This document shows positions 1-13,474 of a stretch of DNA of 64,000 bases, in pieces. The stretch's first letter is position 1. Every line of letters begins with the position of its first letter. The notes under the pieces are model-generated. The model was not told where the DNA came from. It saw only the letters and a program-made list of their open reading frames with translations, and did no database searches. Source of the stretch: Heterodontus francisci (Eukaryota); the NCBI RefSeq assembly GCF_036365525.1, contig NC_090371.1:216807056-216871055 (forward strand), written 5' to 3'. The position numbers and the translations under genes are program-made.

Positions 1-1255
1 GTTTAGCTTCTCTGCCATTTCCCTATTCCCCACCATAAAGTCTCCTGATTCCGCTTGTAATGGACCCACATTTGTCTTTGCTAATCTTTTCTGTTTTACA
101 TAGCTATAGAAGCTTTTACAGTCTGATTTTATGTTTCTCGCGAGTTTACTCTCATTCTATTCATTCCTTTCTTAATCTTTTTCTTGGTCCTCCTTTGCAG
201 AATTCTGAAATGGTCCCAATCCTCAGGCTACCATTTTTTGGCAACTTTGTACTCCTCTTCCTTTGATCTAATAGAATCCTTGATTTATTTTGTTAGTCAT
301 AGTTAGAACACTTTCCTTGCTGGGTTTTTGTGCATTAAAGGAATGTATTTTTGTTGTAAACTATGTATTAGTTCTTTAAATGTTAGCCATTGCCTGTCTG
401 TCGTCATACCTTTTAACTTTGTTTCCCAATCCATCATGGCCAATTTGCCCCTCATAAGCTTCATAGTTTTCTTTGCTTAGATATAAGACCCTAGTTTCTG
501 ATTGAACTACATCACTTTCAAACTTAATGTAAAATTCTATCATATTATGATCACTCCTTCCTAAAGGCTCCTTTGCAACAAGATTATTAATTAGCCCTTT
601 TTCATTGCACAATACTAAATCTAAAATAGCCCATTCTCTAGGTTCCTCAACGTACTGCTCTAGAACACTATCTCACATACATTCCAAGAATTTGTCCTCC
701 ACAACGTTAGTACTAATAAAGTTTACCCTGTCCATATGTAGATTGAAATCCTGCATGATTACTGTATTACCCGTGTTACATGCACCTCTAATTTCCTGAT
801 TCATATTGTGATTTACAGTACCACTGCTGTTTGGTGACCTATAAATGACTCCAAATTTTTTCTGCCCCTTGCTGCTTCTTAGTTCCACCCAAACTGATTC
901 TACGTCTTGATCTTTAGAACTAAGATCATCTCTCACTACAGTACTAATGTAATTTAATTAACAGAGCTACCCCACTACCTTTTCCTAACTTCCTGTCCTT
1001 CCTGAATGTCATGTACCCTTGGATATTTGGGTCCCAGCTTTGATTTCCTTGTAGCCAAGTCGTTGTAATGGCTATCAGGTCATACGTATGGATTTCTATT
1101 TGAGCTGACAATTCATCTGTTTTATTGCGAATGCTGCCAGCAATCAAATACAGAGCCCTTAATTCAGTATTTTTTTTACTGTTTTTGTAAACTCTGGCCC
1201 TATCTGCTGCCACACTCTTAAGTTTGCAATCACTGTCCCTTCCTGCCATACTCTG
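1..1255 (-). mobile_element. Decayed CR1 LINE, endonuclease (APE) region of ORF2
   Basis: Fragmented ORFs 944..1249, 673..936 and 376..612 read YLIAGSIRNK, DLIAITTTWL, ESVWVEL, GVIYRSP, QDFN and LGRSDHNM, typical of CR1 endonucleases. Confidence 0.85.
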
Positions 1256-1259
1256 ATCA

Positions 1260-1878
1260 TAGCGTGTGATGATATGAGCCAGTGTCTGAGGTCATTGGTG
1301 CAGTTGGTGCAATATGGCATTTGAAGATGCATTCACTGACCTTGACCACTCAGCATTCCATCCAGGTCCTCAGAGCTTAAATTCTGGCATTGACCTCCAT
1401 GTCTATTTGCTCCCAATGCCCTTTGACTATGTGTCTGGAGGGCCTTGTGCCTCCACTGTGTATACAGGACATCTCTCCTCCATTCCAACTTCTCCATCAA
1501 AACTTCCAATGCAATGCCTGGAAACCTTGAAGTCTGTTTTCTACCCTATTGTGCCATTCCTCACTGTTTCCCAGGACAGGTTCACTTCCTGCACAACTCC
1601 CAACACCTGCTCTGGCCACAATGTATCTCCCCTTTAAGAGATGTAGATTAACTTTAAGCAGTGGTGGCTCATTTTAAGTGATGCTAGAAAGTTACGATTT
1701 TGGGCCCCGGGCTGATACTTGAAGCCAATGAATAACGCAGTTAGTGCTGGCAGCATGCAGCGATCATTATAATGAGCAGGAAGCACAAAGTTGTTCTGCA
1801 TTTCAATCAACAGATATGGATTAATCACGCATCATGATCCCCACACCCATTTTCGGGGTCTATCCAATTTAGCTCCCT
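1260..1878 (-). mobile_element. Harbinger/PIF fragment with Myb/SANT-like gene remnant
   Basis: Minus strand reads RKQTSRF..ALEVL..RRDVLY and WEQIDMEVNAR..LRTWMEC; TIR-like end ccaatttagctccc. Confidence 0.55.
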
Positions 1879-2724
1879 CTCACCAGGAATTCTCTCCACT
1901 GTTCTCTTGATGATCTGCCATACCTTCAACAAAAACTCGATAGTAACAGAATACTCTGTTTCAATTGGGAGAAGCCCTGCAGAAATTCTACCCCTCTCTG
2001 CATGTCAAAGACACGGCTGACCTAGAGAAAAAAGCATCTGTTGAAACTGGGGTCTGTCAGAAGAAACATCTATTACCCAAAAATGTCTACATTCCTCAGT
2101 GAAAGGTTACTTAGATAAAATACAATTTCTAATGCAAAATCATCCAGCCATGTCCCAAACTTGTCTCTTTGTCAGTTAAAATGCACTAACACTGAAATAT
2201 CTCTTCCTAATAACCAGTAACAATGATTCATGCCGTGCCAACAGCTTATTGCTGCAGTTTAATATTTACTATGTTGCAGATTACATGTTAACTATTTTGT
2301 AAAGAACTTAGGGGTAGAATTTCTGCGAGGATGCGTTGGTTTTTCCAGCACAATTTGCCCAAAGTCACCAAACCAGCCCAAAAGATAGAGAAATTTCCAG
2401 TGCAAGTTATACCCAAGCAAATCGAGTTTCCACAATCTTTTGCGCTTGTTTAAAAAACATTGCATTGGAAGCTGGCCCTGTCCACACAACTGGCCAGACC
2501 CCCAGGTTAAACTGATCACTGACTAATGGACACCAATGAAATAGTAAATGTTTCTGTATAGGTTTTTAAAGTCATTTTCAGTGATTTAAAATCTGGTTAT
2601 TCACAGGTGGTGGACTAGACACTGATTAAAAATGCTTATTTTGTGATAAACCCATTTTCAGGCTGCATTAATTATACTGCAGCACATTATCTCTCTTAAA
2701 TATAACAAGGTTTTTTTTTCATCC

Positions 2725-2862
2725 GGATTCTGATGAAGGTTCATTGATCTGAAATGTTATCTCCACTTCTCTCTCCACTGGTGCTGCCAGACCTACTGCG
2801 TATTTCCAGTATATTCTGCTTTTATTTCAGATTTCCAGCATCTGCAGTATTTTGCTCTTGTA
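2725..2862 (+). mobile_element. Penelope-like element terminal fragment with degenerate minimal hammerhead motif
   Basis: CTGATGA-aggttcattgatct-GAAATGTT followed by the ctctctccac..gctgccagacc..tatttccagc family sequence also seen near 6640 and 58984. Confidence 0.65.
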
Positions 2863-3234
2863 ATAGCATTCTCCTTAGTCAACCCACCCCTAGTACAAAC
2901 AGCTAACTCACCCAGTGGTTAAGTGAATAGTGACATTGCCTAGTGTAGCATTATATAGATCAGTTGATCCTATCCATGCTGGAAAGTGCATTTGAGTGGT
3001 ATCAGGTTAAAATAGAACTGGATAAACTTTCATCTCCACCACTTGGAATGAAAGTCGACAAGCTCGGTAATAGATAGCCGATCCTCTCTGTAAGTTTCAG
3101 ATGGATGTTACTTGAATAGAGGTGAGACAGAGGATCTGGTGGCAGATCAGGATAACGCTCATCCAGACATCACTGTCTAGAGTCAGGCATCAAAAATGAT
3201 CACTTGTGCAGGGATCCGGAGAATGACCAGAACG

Positions 3235-4688
3235 CATGTAACTGTACACCAGCCCATGGAGCTGTACATCAACCCATGCAACTGTACACCAACCCATGTA
3301 ACTGTACACCAACCCATGTAACTGTACACCAGCCCATGGAGCTGTACATCAGCCCATGCAACTGCACACCAACCCATGGAACTGTACACCAGCCCATGCA
3401 GCTGCACATCAGCCCATGCAGCTGCACATCAGCCCATGCAACTGCACACCAGCCCATGGAACTGTACACCAGCCCATGGAGCTGTACACCAGCCCATGTA
3501 ACTGTACACCAGCCTATGGAACTGTACACCAGCCCATGGAGCAGTACACCAGCCCATGTAACTGTACACCAGCCCATGTAACTGTCCACCAGCCCATGGA
3601 ACTATACACCAGCCCATGAACTGTACACCAGCCCATGCACTGTACACCAGCCCATGGAGCTGTACACTAGCCTATGGAGCTGTCCACCAGCCCACGTAAC
3701 TGTACACCAGCCCATGTAACTGTACACCAGCCGATGGAGCTGTCCACCAGCCTATGTAACTGTCCACCAGCCCATGTAACTGTACACCAGCCCATGGAAC
3801 TGTACACCAGCCCATGTAATTGTACACCAGCCTATGGAGCTGTACACCAGCCCATGTCACTGTACACCAGCCCATGGAACTGTACACCAGCCCATGTAAT
3901 TGTACACCAGCCCATGGAGCTGTACACCGGCCCATGGAACTGTACACCAGCCCATGTAATTGTACACCAGCCTATGGAGCTGTACACCAGCCCATGTAAC
4001 TGTACACCAGCCCATGGAACTGTACACCAGCCCATGTAATTGTACACCAGCCCATGGAACTGTACACCAGCCCATGTAATTGTACACCAGCCCATGGAGC
4101 TGTACACCAGCCCATGGAACTGTACACCAGCCCATGTAATTGTACACCAGCCTATGGAGCTGTACACTAGCCCATGGAACTGTACACCAGCCCATGTAAT
4201 TGTACACCAGCCCATGGAGCTGTCCACCAGCCCATGGAGCTGTCCACCAGCCCATGGAACTGTACACCAGCCCATGGAACTGTACACCAGCCCATGAACT
4301 GTACACCAGCCCATGGAACTGTACACCAGCCCATGGAACTGTACATCAGCCTATGAAGCTGTACACCAGCCCATTAAATAATACACCAGCCCATGTAACT
4401 GTACACCAGCCCGTGGAACTGTACACCAGCCCGTGGAACTGTACACCAGCCCATGGAGCTGTCCACCAGCCTATGTAACTGTACACCAGCCCATGGAGCT
4501 GTACACCGGCCCATGGAGCTGTACACCGGCCCATGGAACTGTACACCAACCCATGGAACTGTACACCAGCCCATGAAGCTGTACACCAGCCCATGGAGCT
4601 GTACACCGGCCCATGGAACTGTACACCAGCCCATGTAACTGTACACCAGCCCATGGAGCTGTACATCAGCCCATTAAACAATACACCA
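3235..4688. repeat. 20-bp minisatellite (TGTACACCAGCCCATGGAAC-type), about 70 units
   Basis: Direct tandem periodicity of 20; explains the dense ORF cluster in all frames. Confidence 0.97.
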
Positions 4689-5109
4689 GAAAATGTTGGA
4701 ACTTTCAGCAATTGAGGTGATAAACTTGGGGAAACAAAAAACAATGAAGGCAGCTAAACTTTGATGGTAAGGTCATTTGTAGGTGGCTTTTTGGAATTGT
4801 TTTAGGTAGTATTGCTTTTCAGATAATAATTTTTTATCATAGTGCAACTTTTCTTTTCTTATTTGTGGTGCCCCCTGGCCCATTCTGGAATAACTGGAAG
4901 AGTGTGTGAAGGTCATTAGAGTGTGAGAGACAATAATCAGAATTTTAACTGCCAAGGGGGCGTGTGTCTGGGTGTGGGCAGGGAGGTAAAGCCCCGAAAA
5001 GTGGTGTTGAGCCAGAAACCCAGCATGATCCCGCCCAATTACAGGTTTAATCGGGCTGTGTTGGAGGCCAGTGGGAAACCTCCATGGGAGTTGTTGGATT
5101 GTGATGGAA

Positions 5110-6356
5110 GGAGTCCTCGAAAGTGCTATCAACCACCAGGCAAATAGCAACAACCTGCTCACTGGTGCTCAGTTTGGGTTCTGCCAGGGCCACTCGGCTC
5201 CTGACCTCATTACAGCCTTGGTCCAAACATGGATTCAAGAGGTGAGGTGAGACTGATTGCCCTTAATATCAAGGCAGCACTTGACGAAGTGTGGCATCAA
5301 AGAGCCCTAAAAAATTTGAAGTCATGCGGAATCGGGAAAACTCTCCACTGGTTGGAGCCATACCTAGCGCAAAGGAAGATGGTTGTGGTTGTTGGAGGTC
5401 AATCATCTCAGTCCCAGGACATCACTGCAGGAGTTCTTCAGGGTGGTGTCCTAGGCCCAACCATCTTTAGTTGCTTCATCAATGACCTTCCCTCCATTAC
5501 AAGGTCAGAAGTGGGGATGTTCGCTGATGATTGTACAAGGTTCAGTACCATTTGCAACTGCTCAGATACAGAAGAAATCCATGTCCATATGCAACAAAAC
5601 CTGGACAACATTCAGGCTTGGGCTGATAACTGGTAATTTACATTCATGCCACACATTACCATTACTGATTCCCCGCCCCCACCCCCCACCTCCACTATTA
5701 ACATCCTGGGGGTTACCATTGACCAGAAAACTGAACTGGAGCAGCCGCATAAATACTGTCGCTACAAGAGAAGGTCAGAAGCTGGGAATTCTGTGGAGAG
5801 TAGCCCACCTCCTGACTCTCCAAATCCTGTCCATCATCTACAAGACACAAGTCAGGAGCTTGATGGAATACTATCCATGTGCCTGGATGGGTGCAGTTCC
5901 AAGCAACACTCAGGAAGCTCAACATCATCCAGGACAAAGCAGCCTGCTTGATCGGCACCCCATCCACCACCTTAAGCACTCACTCCCTCCTTCACCGATG
6001 CACAGTGTTAGCAGTGTGCACCATATACAAGATGCACTGCAGCAACTCGCCAAGCTTCCTTCAATGGCATCTTCCAAATCCATGACCTCTACCATCTAAA
6101 AAGACAAGTTTCATCTGCAAGTTCCCCTCCCAGCCACACACCATCCTGACTTGGAACTATATCGCCTTCCTTCACTGTCGCCGGATCAAAATCCTGGAAC
6201 TCCCTTCCTAATAGCATTTTGGGTGTACCCGCACTAGATGGATTGCAGAGCTTCAAGAAAGCAGCTCACCACCACCTTCTCAAGGGCATTAAGGATGGGC
6301 AACAAATGCTGGCCTTGCCAGTGATGCTGACACCCCATAAAACAAATAAAAAAAAG
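5110..6356 (+). mobile_element. 5'-truncated CR1-group LINE (RT plus 3' UTR), family with the 'gggatgggcaataaatgctggcc' tail
   Basis: ORF 5229..5636 has LQGGVLGPTIFSCFINDLP and MFADD; A-rich tail at about 6345-6356. Confidence 0.85.
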
Positions 6357-6634
6357 TAATTTCAATATTTAAATTGAAAATTAATTGTGAATTTATTCCA
6401 GCATTCTGTCTTTAACAGCCAGCATACGGGTTTCCAGTGCTGTTTGAAACTTCCCACGGTAAGCAAGATGAGAGCTCAGCGGGGAACCATTGAACAATGA
6501 AGCTGACAGGCTGGAAAGCCTTTAAGCAGTGAAATTGCATGGCTGCTGGTCACCTGTGTGAAAGGCTTGTGTTCACAGCACTTGTTCAGAAAGCCTGATT
6601 TCACTGCTTCACTACCTTGGCCTTTACTCATCAA

Positions 6635-6832
6635 TACAAAAACAAAATACTGTGGATGCTCCAATCTGAAATAAAAACAGAAGGCGTTGGAAATACTCAG
6701 CAGATCTGGAAGCGTCTGTGGAGAGAGAATCAGTTCTGATTAAATGTTTTTGACTTAAACGTTAACTTTGTTTGTCTTTCCACAGCTGCTGCCTGACCTG
6801 CTGAGTATTTCCAGCATTTTCTGTTTTTATTT
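6635..6832. mobile_element. Penelope-derived inverted (palindromic) terminal fragment
   Basis: aaataaaaacagaa..ggaaatactcagcag..tgtggagaga arm and its reverse complement either side of a degenerate CTGATTA..AAACGTTAACT core. Confidence 0.7.
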
Positions 6833-6879
6833 TGGACTTTGCTCAACTTGATCTGATCTTCCCTGCTGTCAGCCTTCGC

Positions 6880-8136
6880 TGCAGCATGGGGAATAGCTTA
6901 TGAAGCTCTACCTTGGACCTCTGATGAGGAACAAGAGGGGCAGCAACACCAAGACCAACCATGCCAGGAACTGCAGGCTCAACAGCAGCAACAGCACCTG
7001 CTATCTTCTCCACAACCTCCTGCCGCTCTACAGGACAGTGGAGGTGGACACAGAGCACCAGCTTGAAGCAGGCGATATCCCCAACATAGGATCTACAGGC
7101 AGAGCATCAGCTTTCTTGACATGTCTGAGCAACAGTGCCTCGTGAGGCCCTGGCTTTCATGGCAGGTCATCTCTGACATCTGTAGCCGCTTGGAGGAAGA
7201 CCTCCTCTGTTGTGGACCCAGTGGGCACGGATTGCTTGAGGCTGTCAAGGTCCCTATCACTGGATGGCCACCTCCAATTCTGTGCATCTCCCTGGAGTTG
7301 TGCACTCTCTTATCCTGCAAAGAGAGAAAGCAGAGAGTTATGAGTGTGAGAAATTGATTGTGTGGAGAGCAGGGAATGACAACATTTGTGCAGAGTGACT
7401 GTGAGGGATAGGTGTGAGATATCAATAAGATGAGGGTGAGTGGGGCTGTTCAGGTGGGGATGTGAGGAGATGTATCGAAGAGAGGATTGAGTGAAGCTGC
7501 AAGTTGTGTTGATGTTAGCTGTGTAGGAGAATGCTGGGGAAGTCAGAGTGGGGGCTTGGCACCTGAAAGTGAGATCCACTCACCTTTCCTGCCCTCATGA
7601 GGTAATTGAAACTCTTGTAGCACTGTATCCAGATTTGAGGGGCCACACTTCTGCTGCTCACTCCCTCAGCGACTTCCTTCCATGTCTGATTGGTTTGAGA
7701 GTCTGGCCCCTACCTTCCATCCATGGGAATGAACACTTTACTTCAGTTCCTCAGATCCACAGTGGGACCTCCAGGGAAGAGACAGGAACCTAGGAGGAGT
7801 GAGGTGGGTGGGGGGTGAGGGCAGGGAGTTTGTGGTGGGGCAGCCTTCCTATGTCTCCTTTCCATTCCTGTGGTTGCTGAAGGCTCAGGAAGCAATGTAC
7901 AGTTCAGACACTCTGACCCCTACTATGGCCCCTTGAACTAAACATTCTTCCTTTGACAGATGCGAGTCATCAGCATGTCCGCACTCTGTAATTAGTCAGG
8001 AAACCTAGAAGCGGGATGCTAATGCAATTATTGAGTTAAACAGCTATGGCAAAGCCTGCTTCAATGACAAATGGATTCCTAACCCACTGCTAGCCCCCGT
8101 GTTGTGATGGGTCTGTTATGTTAAAATTTCTCCCAA
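6880..8136. mobile_element. Internally deleted Harbinger: transposase N-terminus (+) and convergent Myb/SANT gene (-)
   Basis: + strand RRYPQHRIYRQSISFLDMSEQQCL (HARBI1-like); - strand WKEVAEGVSSRSVAPQIWIQCYKSFNYLMRAGK followed by a gtgag donor; TIR-like end gttaaaatttctccc. Confidence 0.7.
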
Positions 8137-8274
8137 TATTAAATCAAATGGTGACATCACTACTGCCATGCTGTATGTGAGCTCATTCCTGCAACTTGGG
8201 TATGTGTTAACCATGTGTTAAGCCCCGACTTAGCCAGTCTGAATGTTCCTTCACAATTAATTGGGACTGGGTTC

Positions 8275-9790
8275 TTGTAGCGCAGTGTTTCCTTGTCTAA
8301 CTTATATAAGCCTGTCATAATCTTGTACACCTCTACCAAATCTCCCTTCAATCTCCTTTGCTCCAAGGAGAACAACCCCAGTTTTACCAACCTAACCTTG
8401 TAGCTAAAATCCCCCACCCCTAGTAAATCTTCTTTGCACCCTCTCAAGGACCCTCACAGCCTTCCTCAAATGTAGTGACCAGAACTGGACACAATACTCT
8501 AGTTGGGGCCTAACCAGAGCTTTATAAAGGTTCAGCTTAACTTCCTTGCTTTTGCGCTCTATGCCTCTATTTATGAAGCCAAAGATCCAATATGCTTTGC
8601 TAACCATTCTTTCAATATGTCCTGCCACCTTCAAAGATCAATGCACATGCACCCCCAGGTCCCTCTGTTGCTGCTCACTCTTTAGAACTGCTCCATTAAG
8701 TATATATTACCTCACCCTATCCCTTCTGCCAAAATGCATCACCTCACTCTTGTCTGTATTAGATTCCATTTGCCACTTGACTGTCCATTCTGCTAGCCTA
8801 TCTATGTTCTGTTGTCGACAGTTCGTATCATCCTCACTGTTTGCAACCCCTCCAAGTTTGGTATCATCAGCAAATTTTGAAATTCTACTCTGTATTCCAA
8901 GATCCAAATCATTTATATATTGCAAAAAAAGCAGTAGCCTTAGCACTGAATGTTGGGGAACGCCACTGTCTACCATCCTCCAGTCTGTAAAACAACCAGT
9001 TACTACTGCAACTCGCTGTTTTCTGTCGTTAAGCCAATTTTTTTATCCAACTAGAAACTTACCCTTCTATTCTTGAGCCTCAATTTTGTTAATCAGCCTT
9101 TTATGTGGTACTTTATCAAACGCTTTCTTAAAATCCATATAGACAACATCCACCACATTCTCTTCATTCACCTTCTCTGTTATTTCATCAACAAATTCAA
9201 TTAGATTAGTTAAGTATGATCTGCCTTTTACAAGTTTGTGCTGGCTCTCCTTAACACATACCTCTCCAAGTGCCTGTTGATTTCTTTCTAAAACTGTACC
9301 CACCACTGATGTTAAACGAACTGGCCTGTAGTTGGTAGGAATGTCCTTACACCCTTTCTTAAATAAGGGTGTCACATTGGCACTCTCCAATACTCTGGCA
9401 CCTCCCCCATATCAAGGGAAGATTGGAAGATTATGGCAAACCCTTCCACTATTTTTAGCAACCTGGGATGCAAGCCATCTGAACCAGGTGACTTATCTAC
9501 CCTAAGCATAGCCAGCCTTTCCAGTACCTCCTCCCTCAATTTTTACCCTATCCCTTCCCTGCATTCTCTCCATTTCTACCGATATTTTGTCAGATTGTAA
9601 ACACCGATACAAAGTACTCATTAAGTATTATAGCCTTGCTCTGTGCCACAAACATATATTACCCTCTTTATCCTTAATAGGCCCCACTCCACCTCTTAAT
9701 ACCCGCTTACTATTTACATGCCAGTGGAAGATTTTTGGGTTCCCTTTTATGTTGACTGCCATTCTATTCTCATATTTTCTCCTTACCTAC
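8275..9790 (-). mobile_element. Decayed CR1 LINE RT region
   Basis: ANVTPLFKKG, NYRPV, VYMDFKKAFDKVPH, SKFADDTK, LVRPQLEYCVQFW. Confidence 0.9.
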
Positions 9791-11299
9791 ATTACAGCAC
9801 TGACTATGCTCCCAAAGTACTTCATTGGCTGTAAAGTGCTTTGGGAGAACCAATGATCATGAAAGGCACTATTTAAAAGCAAGTCTTCTTATTTGATTAT
9901 CTTGGGAAATCAAATCTTCATCCACTTGGGAGAATTGTGCTGTCATCTATTTTGGCCGCTTTGAGTGGTTGGGGGTCAAATCTTGATCTTTGGTAGAATG
10001 TTAGTGTGATAGTCATTCATCCAAAAAAAAGCTAACTAAATAACCCAGAACCTAATCCTGCGAAATGTACAGAATCAGATCCTCAGGTATGGCAGACTAA
10101 CCAAAGCCGAGAAATGTATGCAAACTCATTTTATTGAGAATGCAGATGTCACTGAGGGGCAGTTGAAGCAAGCAGGTAGCACTTTGCCAGTGAATTCCAG
10201 TGGAGAACTGCTATAATTCAATGGTCTTATCTCAGCAACATCTCAGATGTGCAAAAGGCAAAGGACCGAAACAGACTCCAGTCCATTTATCTGTCCTCCC
10301 TAACACAGTTAGGTATGGAACAAATGCACTGCTACTGGTTTTTGCACTGCAGGAATGCTTGTGTTAATTAAGAGCTAAAAAGCATTGCTTAAAGAGGCTC
10401 ATGTTTCCTTATCTGTCCAGATATTTTTTCAAAATTGCCCTCCCATAGGAAAGGTAGATTTCATGAAGCACAGAGCTTCATGTGGTGTGAGGGCTCAGTG
10501 AGAATGTTTGCATGGAGGTCAGTCGCCCCCAGCAGATTTTTCTGCCCATTAAAACTAACAGTCAGAAAATCATTGCCGGAAACACAGATTTATAAAATTT
10601 ATCACAATACTTTGAAAACTTGTGAGATTTGTGGAACACCCCACAACGATTTATAACATGCACAGGGGCTTGGACCATTTTCCCATGTTCATTGGTTCAC
10701 ATTTTATTCTTGTAACAGTACAAAACAAAAGTTGGTGATCTGGAAATATAAATTGATCTATGGTGTAATTCAGTAGCTCTGTTGATCTTTTTTTTACATC
10801 TAATGGGAAATCTGTCCTTGTGCTGCTATGCATTTTCAGCTGGTCTCATACTGAACCCATTAACTGTTAGGCTGAATTTATTTAAGAACACTTTAATTGC
10901 TCTTAGCTCTGTCCTAAAAATGCACGAGCACAGTTCTGTGAGCACCGGTGGCCATCCATATTCATATTTGAGCATGGACAGTGAGTGGTATTGGGCTATT
11001 TGACCATGCAGGGAGGTGGAGGGTAACAATTGAACCTGTTCTTTGCTGATATCCATATCAAGAGTGGGAACCCTTCCTTTGTATTTCCGTCTCTAGGCCT
11101 CCAAAGCTGGGGATAACTAAAGCCAATTGTTGCATCCCCAGCATTGCCATGGCTGAGTCAGCACACAATAACAGACTGTAGTTTAAATCTGTGATCTTCC
11201 TGGTGTGCATGTGCACCATTTACTTATCCTACCTTGGGAGGGGAGAATCATGGTTGAAGTAACTTAGATACTTAGATAACTTAGTAATTTATGCAGCAT

Positions 11300-11530
11300 T
11301 GAAGTCGAAGAGACTTAGTAATTGGCAGGAAAAAAGACAGAGGTGCAAGGGGAGAGCCAACTGTGTAACAGCCCCAACAAACAAATTTCTCTGCAGCACC
11401 TGTGGAAGAGTCTGTCACTCTAGAATTAGCCTTTATAGCCACTCCAGGCGCTGCTTCACAAACCACTGACCACCCCCAGGCGCTTATCCATTGTCTCTCG
11501 AGATAAGGAGGCCAAAGAGAGAGAGAGAGA
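11300..11530 (+). mobile_element. RTE-clade LINE 3' end
   Basis: STCGRVCHSRISLYSHSRRC C-terminal Cys/His motif, then tgtctctcgagataaggaggcc and a (GA)n tail. Confidence 0.7.
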
Positions 11531-11554
11531 TTTGATCAGTAATAATTTTAAAAT

Positions 11555-12322
11555 ACAATAACAATAACTTACATTTATATAGCACCTTTAACGTAATAAA
11601 ACATCCCAAGGCACTTCACAGGGGCATTATATTTAAAAAATGACACCGAGCCACATAAGGATATATAAGGACAGGTGAACAAAAGCTTGGCCAAAGAGGT
11701 AGGTTTTAACAAGCATCTTAAAGGAGGAAAGCAAGTTAGAGAGGTGGAAAGGTTTAGGGAGTGAATTCCAGAGATTAGGGCTCAGGCAGCTGAAGGCATA
11801 GCCACCAATGGTGGAGGGATTAAAATTAGAGATGCTTAAGAAACCAGAATTAGAGAGTGCAGATACTCAGAGGGTTGTGGAGCTGGAGGAGGTTTGAAAA
11901 CAAGAATGAGAATTTCAAAATTGAGGCATTGCTTAACCAGCGGCCAATGTAGGCAAGCAAACACAGGGGTGATGGGTGAACAAGACTTGGTGCAAGTTAG
12001 GACACAGGCAGTAGAGCTTAGGATGACCTCAAGTTTACCGAGGGTAGAACGTGGAAGGCCGGCTAGGAGTACATGAGAATAATCAAGTCTAGAGGAAACT
12101 AAGGCATCGATGAGTGTTTCAGCAGCAGATGAGCAGAGATAAGGGTGAAATCAGATGATGTTACAGAGGTGGAAATAGGTGGTCTTAGTGGTGGCATGGA
12201 TATGTGGTTGGAATCTTATCTCAGTGTCAAATATGACACCAAGTTTGCGAACATATTGGTTTCGTCTCAGACAGTTGCCAGGGTTAGGAATGGAGTTGGT
12301 GGCCAAGAAGTGGAGTTTGTGG
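11555..12322 (-). mobile_element. L2 LINE 3' fragment
   Basis: RKLGVIFDTEIRFQPHIHATTKTTYFHLCNI on the - strand; (caa)n/atttatatagcacc 3' terminus. Confidence 0.8.
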
Positions 12323-12324
12323 CC

Positions 12325-13474
12325 TATATGGATTTTAGCAAGGCTTTTGATAAGGTCCCACATTGCAGACTAGTCATGGAAGTAAAAGCCCATAGGATGC
12401 AAGGCAAAGTGACAAGTTGCATCCAAAATTGGTTTAGAGGTAGGAATCAAAGGGTAATGGCTTTTGTGATTGGAAGGCTGTTTCCAGTGGTGTTCTGCAA
12501 GGCTCAGTACTAGGTCCCTTGCTTTTTGTGCTATATATCAATGATTTGGATGAGAGTATAGGACGTATGATTAAGAAGTTTGCAGACAATACAAAAATTA
12601 GCTGTATAGTTGATATTCTGGAAGAAAGCTATAGACTGCAGGAAGATATAAAAGGACTAGTCAGGTGACCAGAACAGTGTCAAATGGAGTTCAATCCAGA
12701 CAAGTGTGAAGTAATGCATTTGGGGAAGGCTAACAAGGCAAGGGAATACACAATAAATGACAGGATGCTAAGAAGTGTAGAGGAACACAGGGACCTTGGA
12801 GTGCATGTCCGCAAATTCTGGAAGGTTGCTGGACAGATAAATAAGGTGGTTAAGAAGGTATACGGGATACTTGTCTTTATTAGCCAAGGCATAGAATATA
12901 AGACCTGGGACGTTATGCCGGAACTGTATAAAACACTAGTTAGACCACAGCTGGAGTACTGCGTGAAGTCCGGTCACCACATTATAGGAAAGATGTGATT
13001 GCACTTGAGAGGGTATAGAGGAGATTTACATGGGTGTTGCCTGGACTGAGAATTTTAGTTATGAGGCAAGATTGGATAGGCTAGGGTTGTTTTCTTTGGA
13101 ACAGAGAAGGCTGAGGGGGGAGCTAGTTAAGTGTATAAAATTCTGAGGGGTCCAGATAGAGTGGATAGGAAGGTCCTATTCCTCTTGGTTAAGGGGTCCA
13201 TAACCAGGGATCATAGATTTAGGGTAAGAGGTAGGAGGTCTAGAGGGGACTCAAGGGGACATTTTTTTACCCAGAGGGTGGTGGGAATCTGGAATTAACT
13301 GCCTGAAAGAGTGATAGAGGCAGAAATCCTCATAACATTTAAAAACAATTTGGATATGCATTTTAAGTGCCGTACGCTACAAGGGTAGAGACCAAGAGTT
13401 GAAAAGCGGCGCAGACACAATGGGCCAAATGGCCTCCTCCTGTGCTGTTTATTTCTATGATTCTATGATTCTAT
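12325..13474 (+). mobile_element. 5'-truncated CR1 LINE
   Basis: YMDFSKAFDKVPH, FNPDKCEVMHLG, LVRPQLEYC; (ttctatga)n CR1 tail at 13452-13474. Confidence 0.9.

Noticed and set aside
3183-4744. CRISPR-like array or repetitive protein ORFs
   Set aside because: Units abut with no unique spacers, there are no cas genes, and the ORFs are by-products of the 20-bp period
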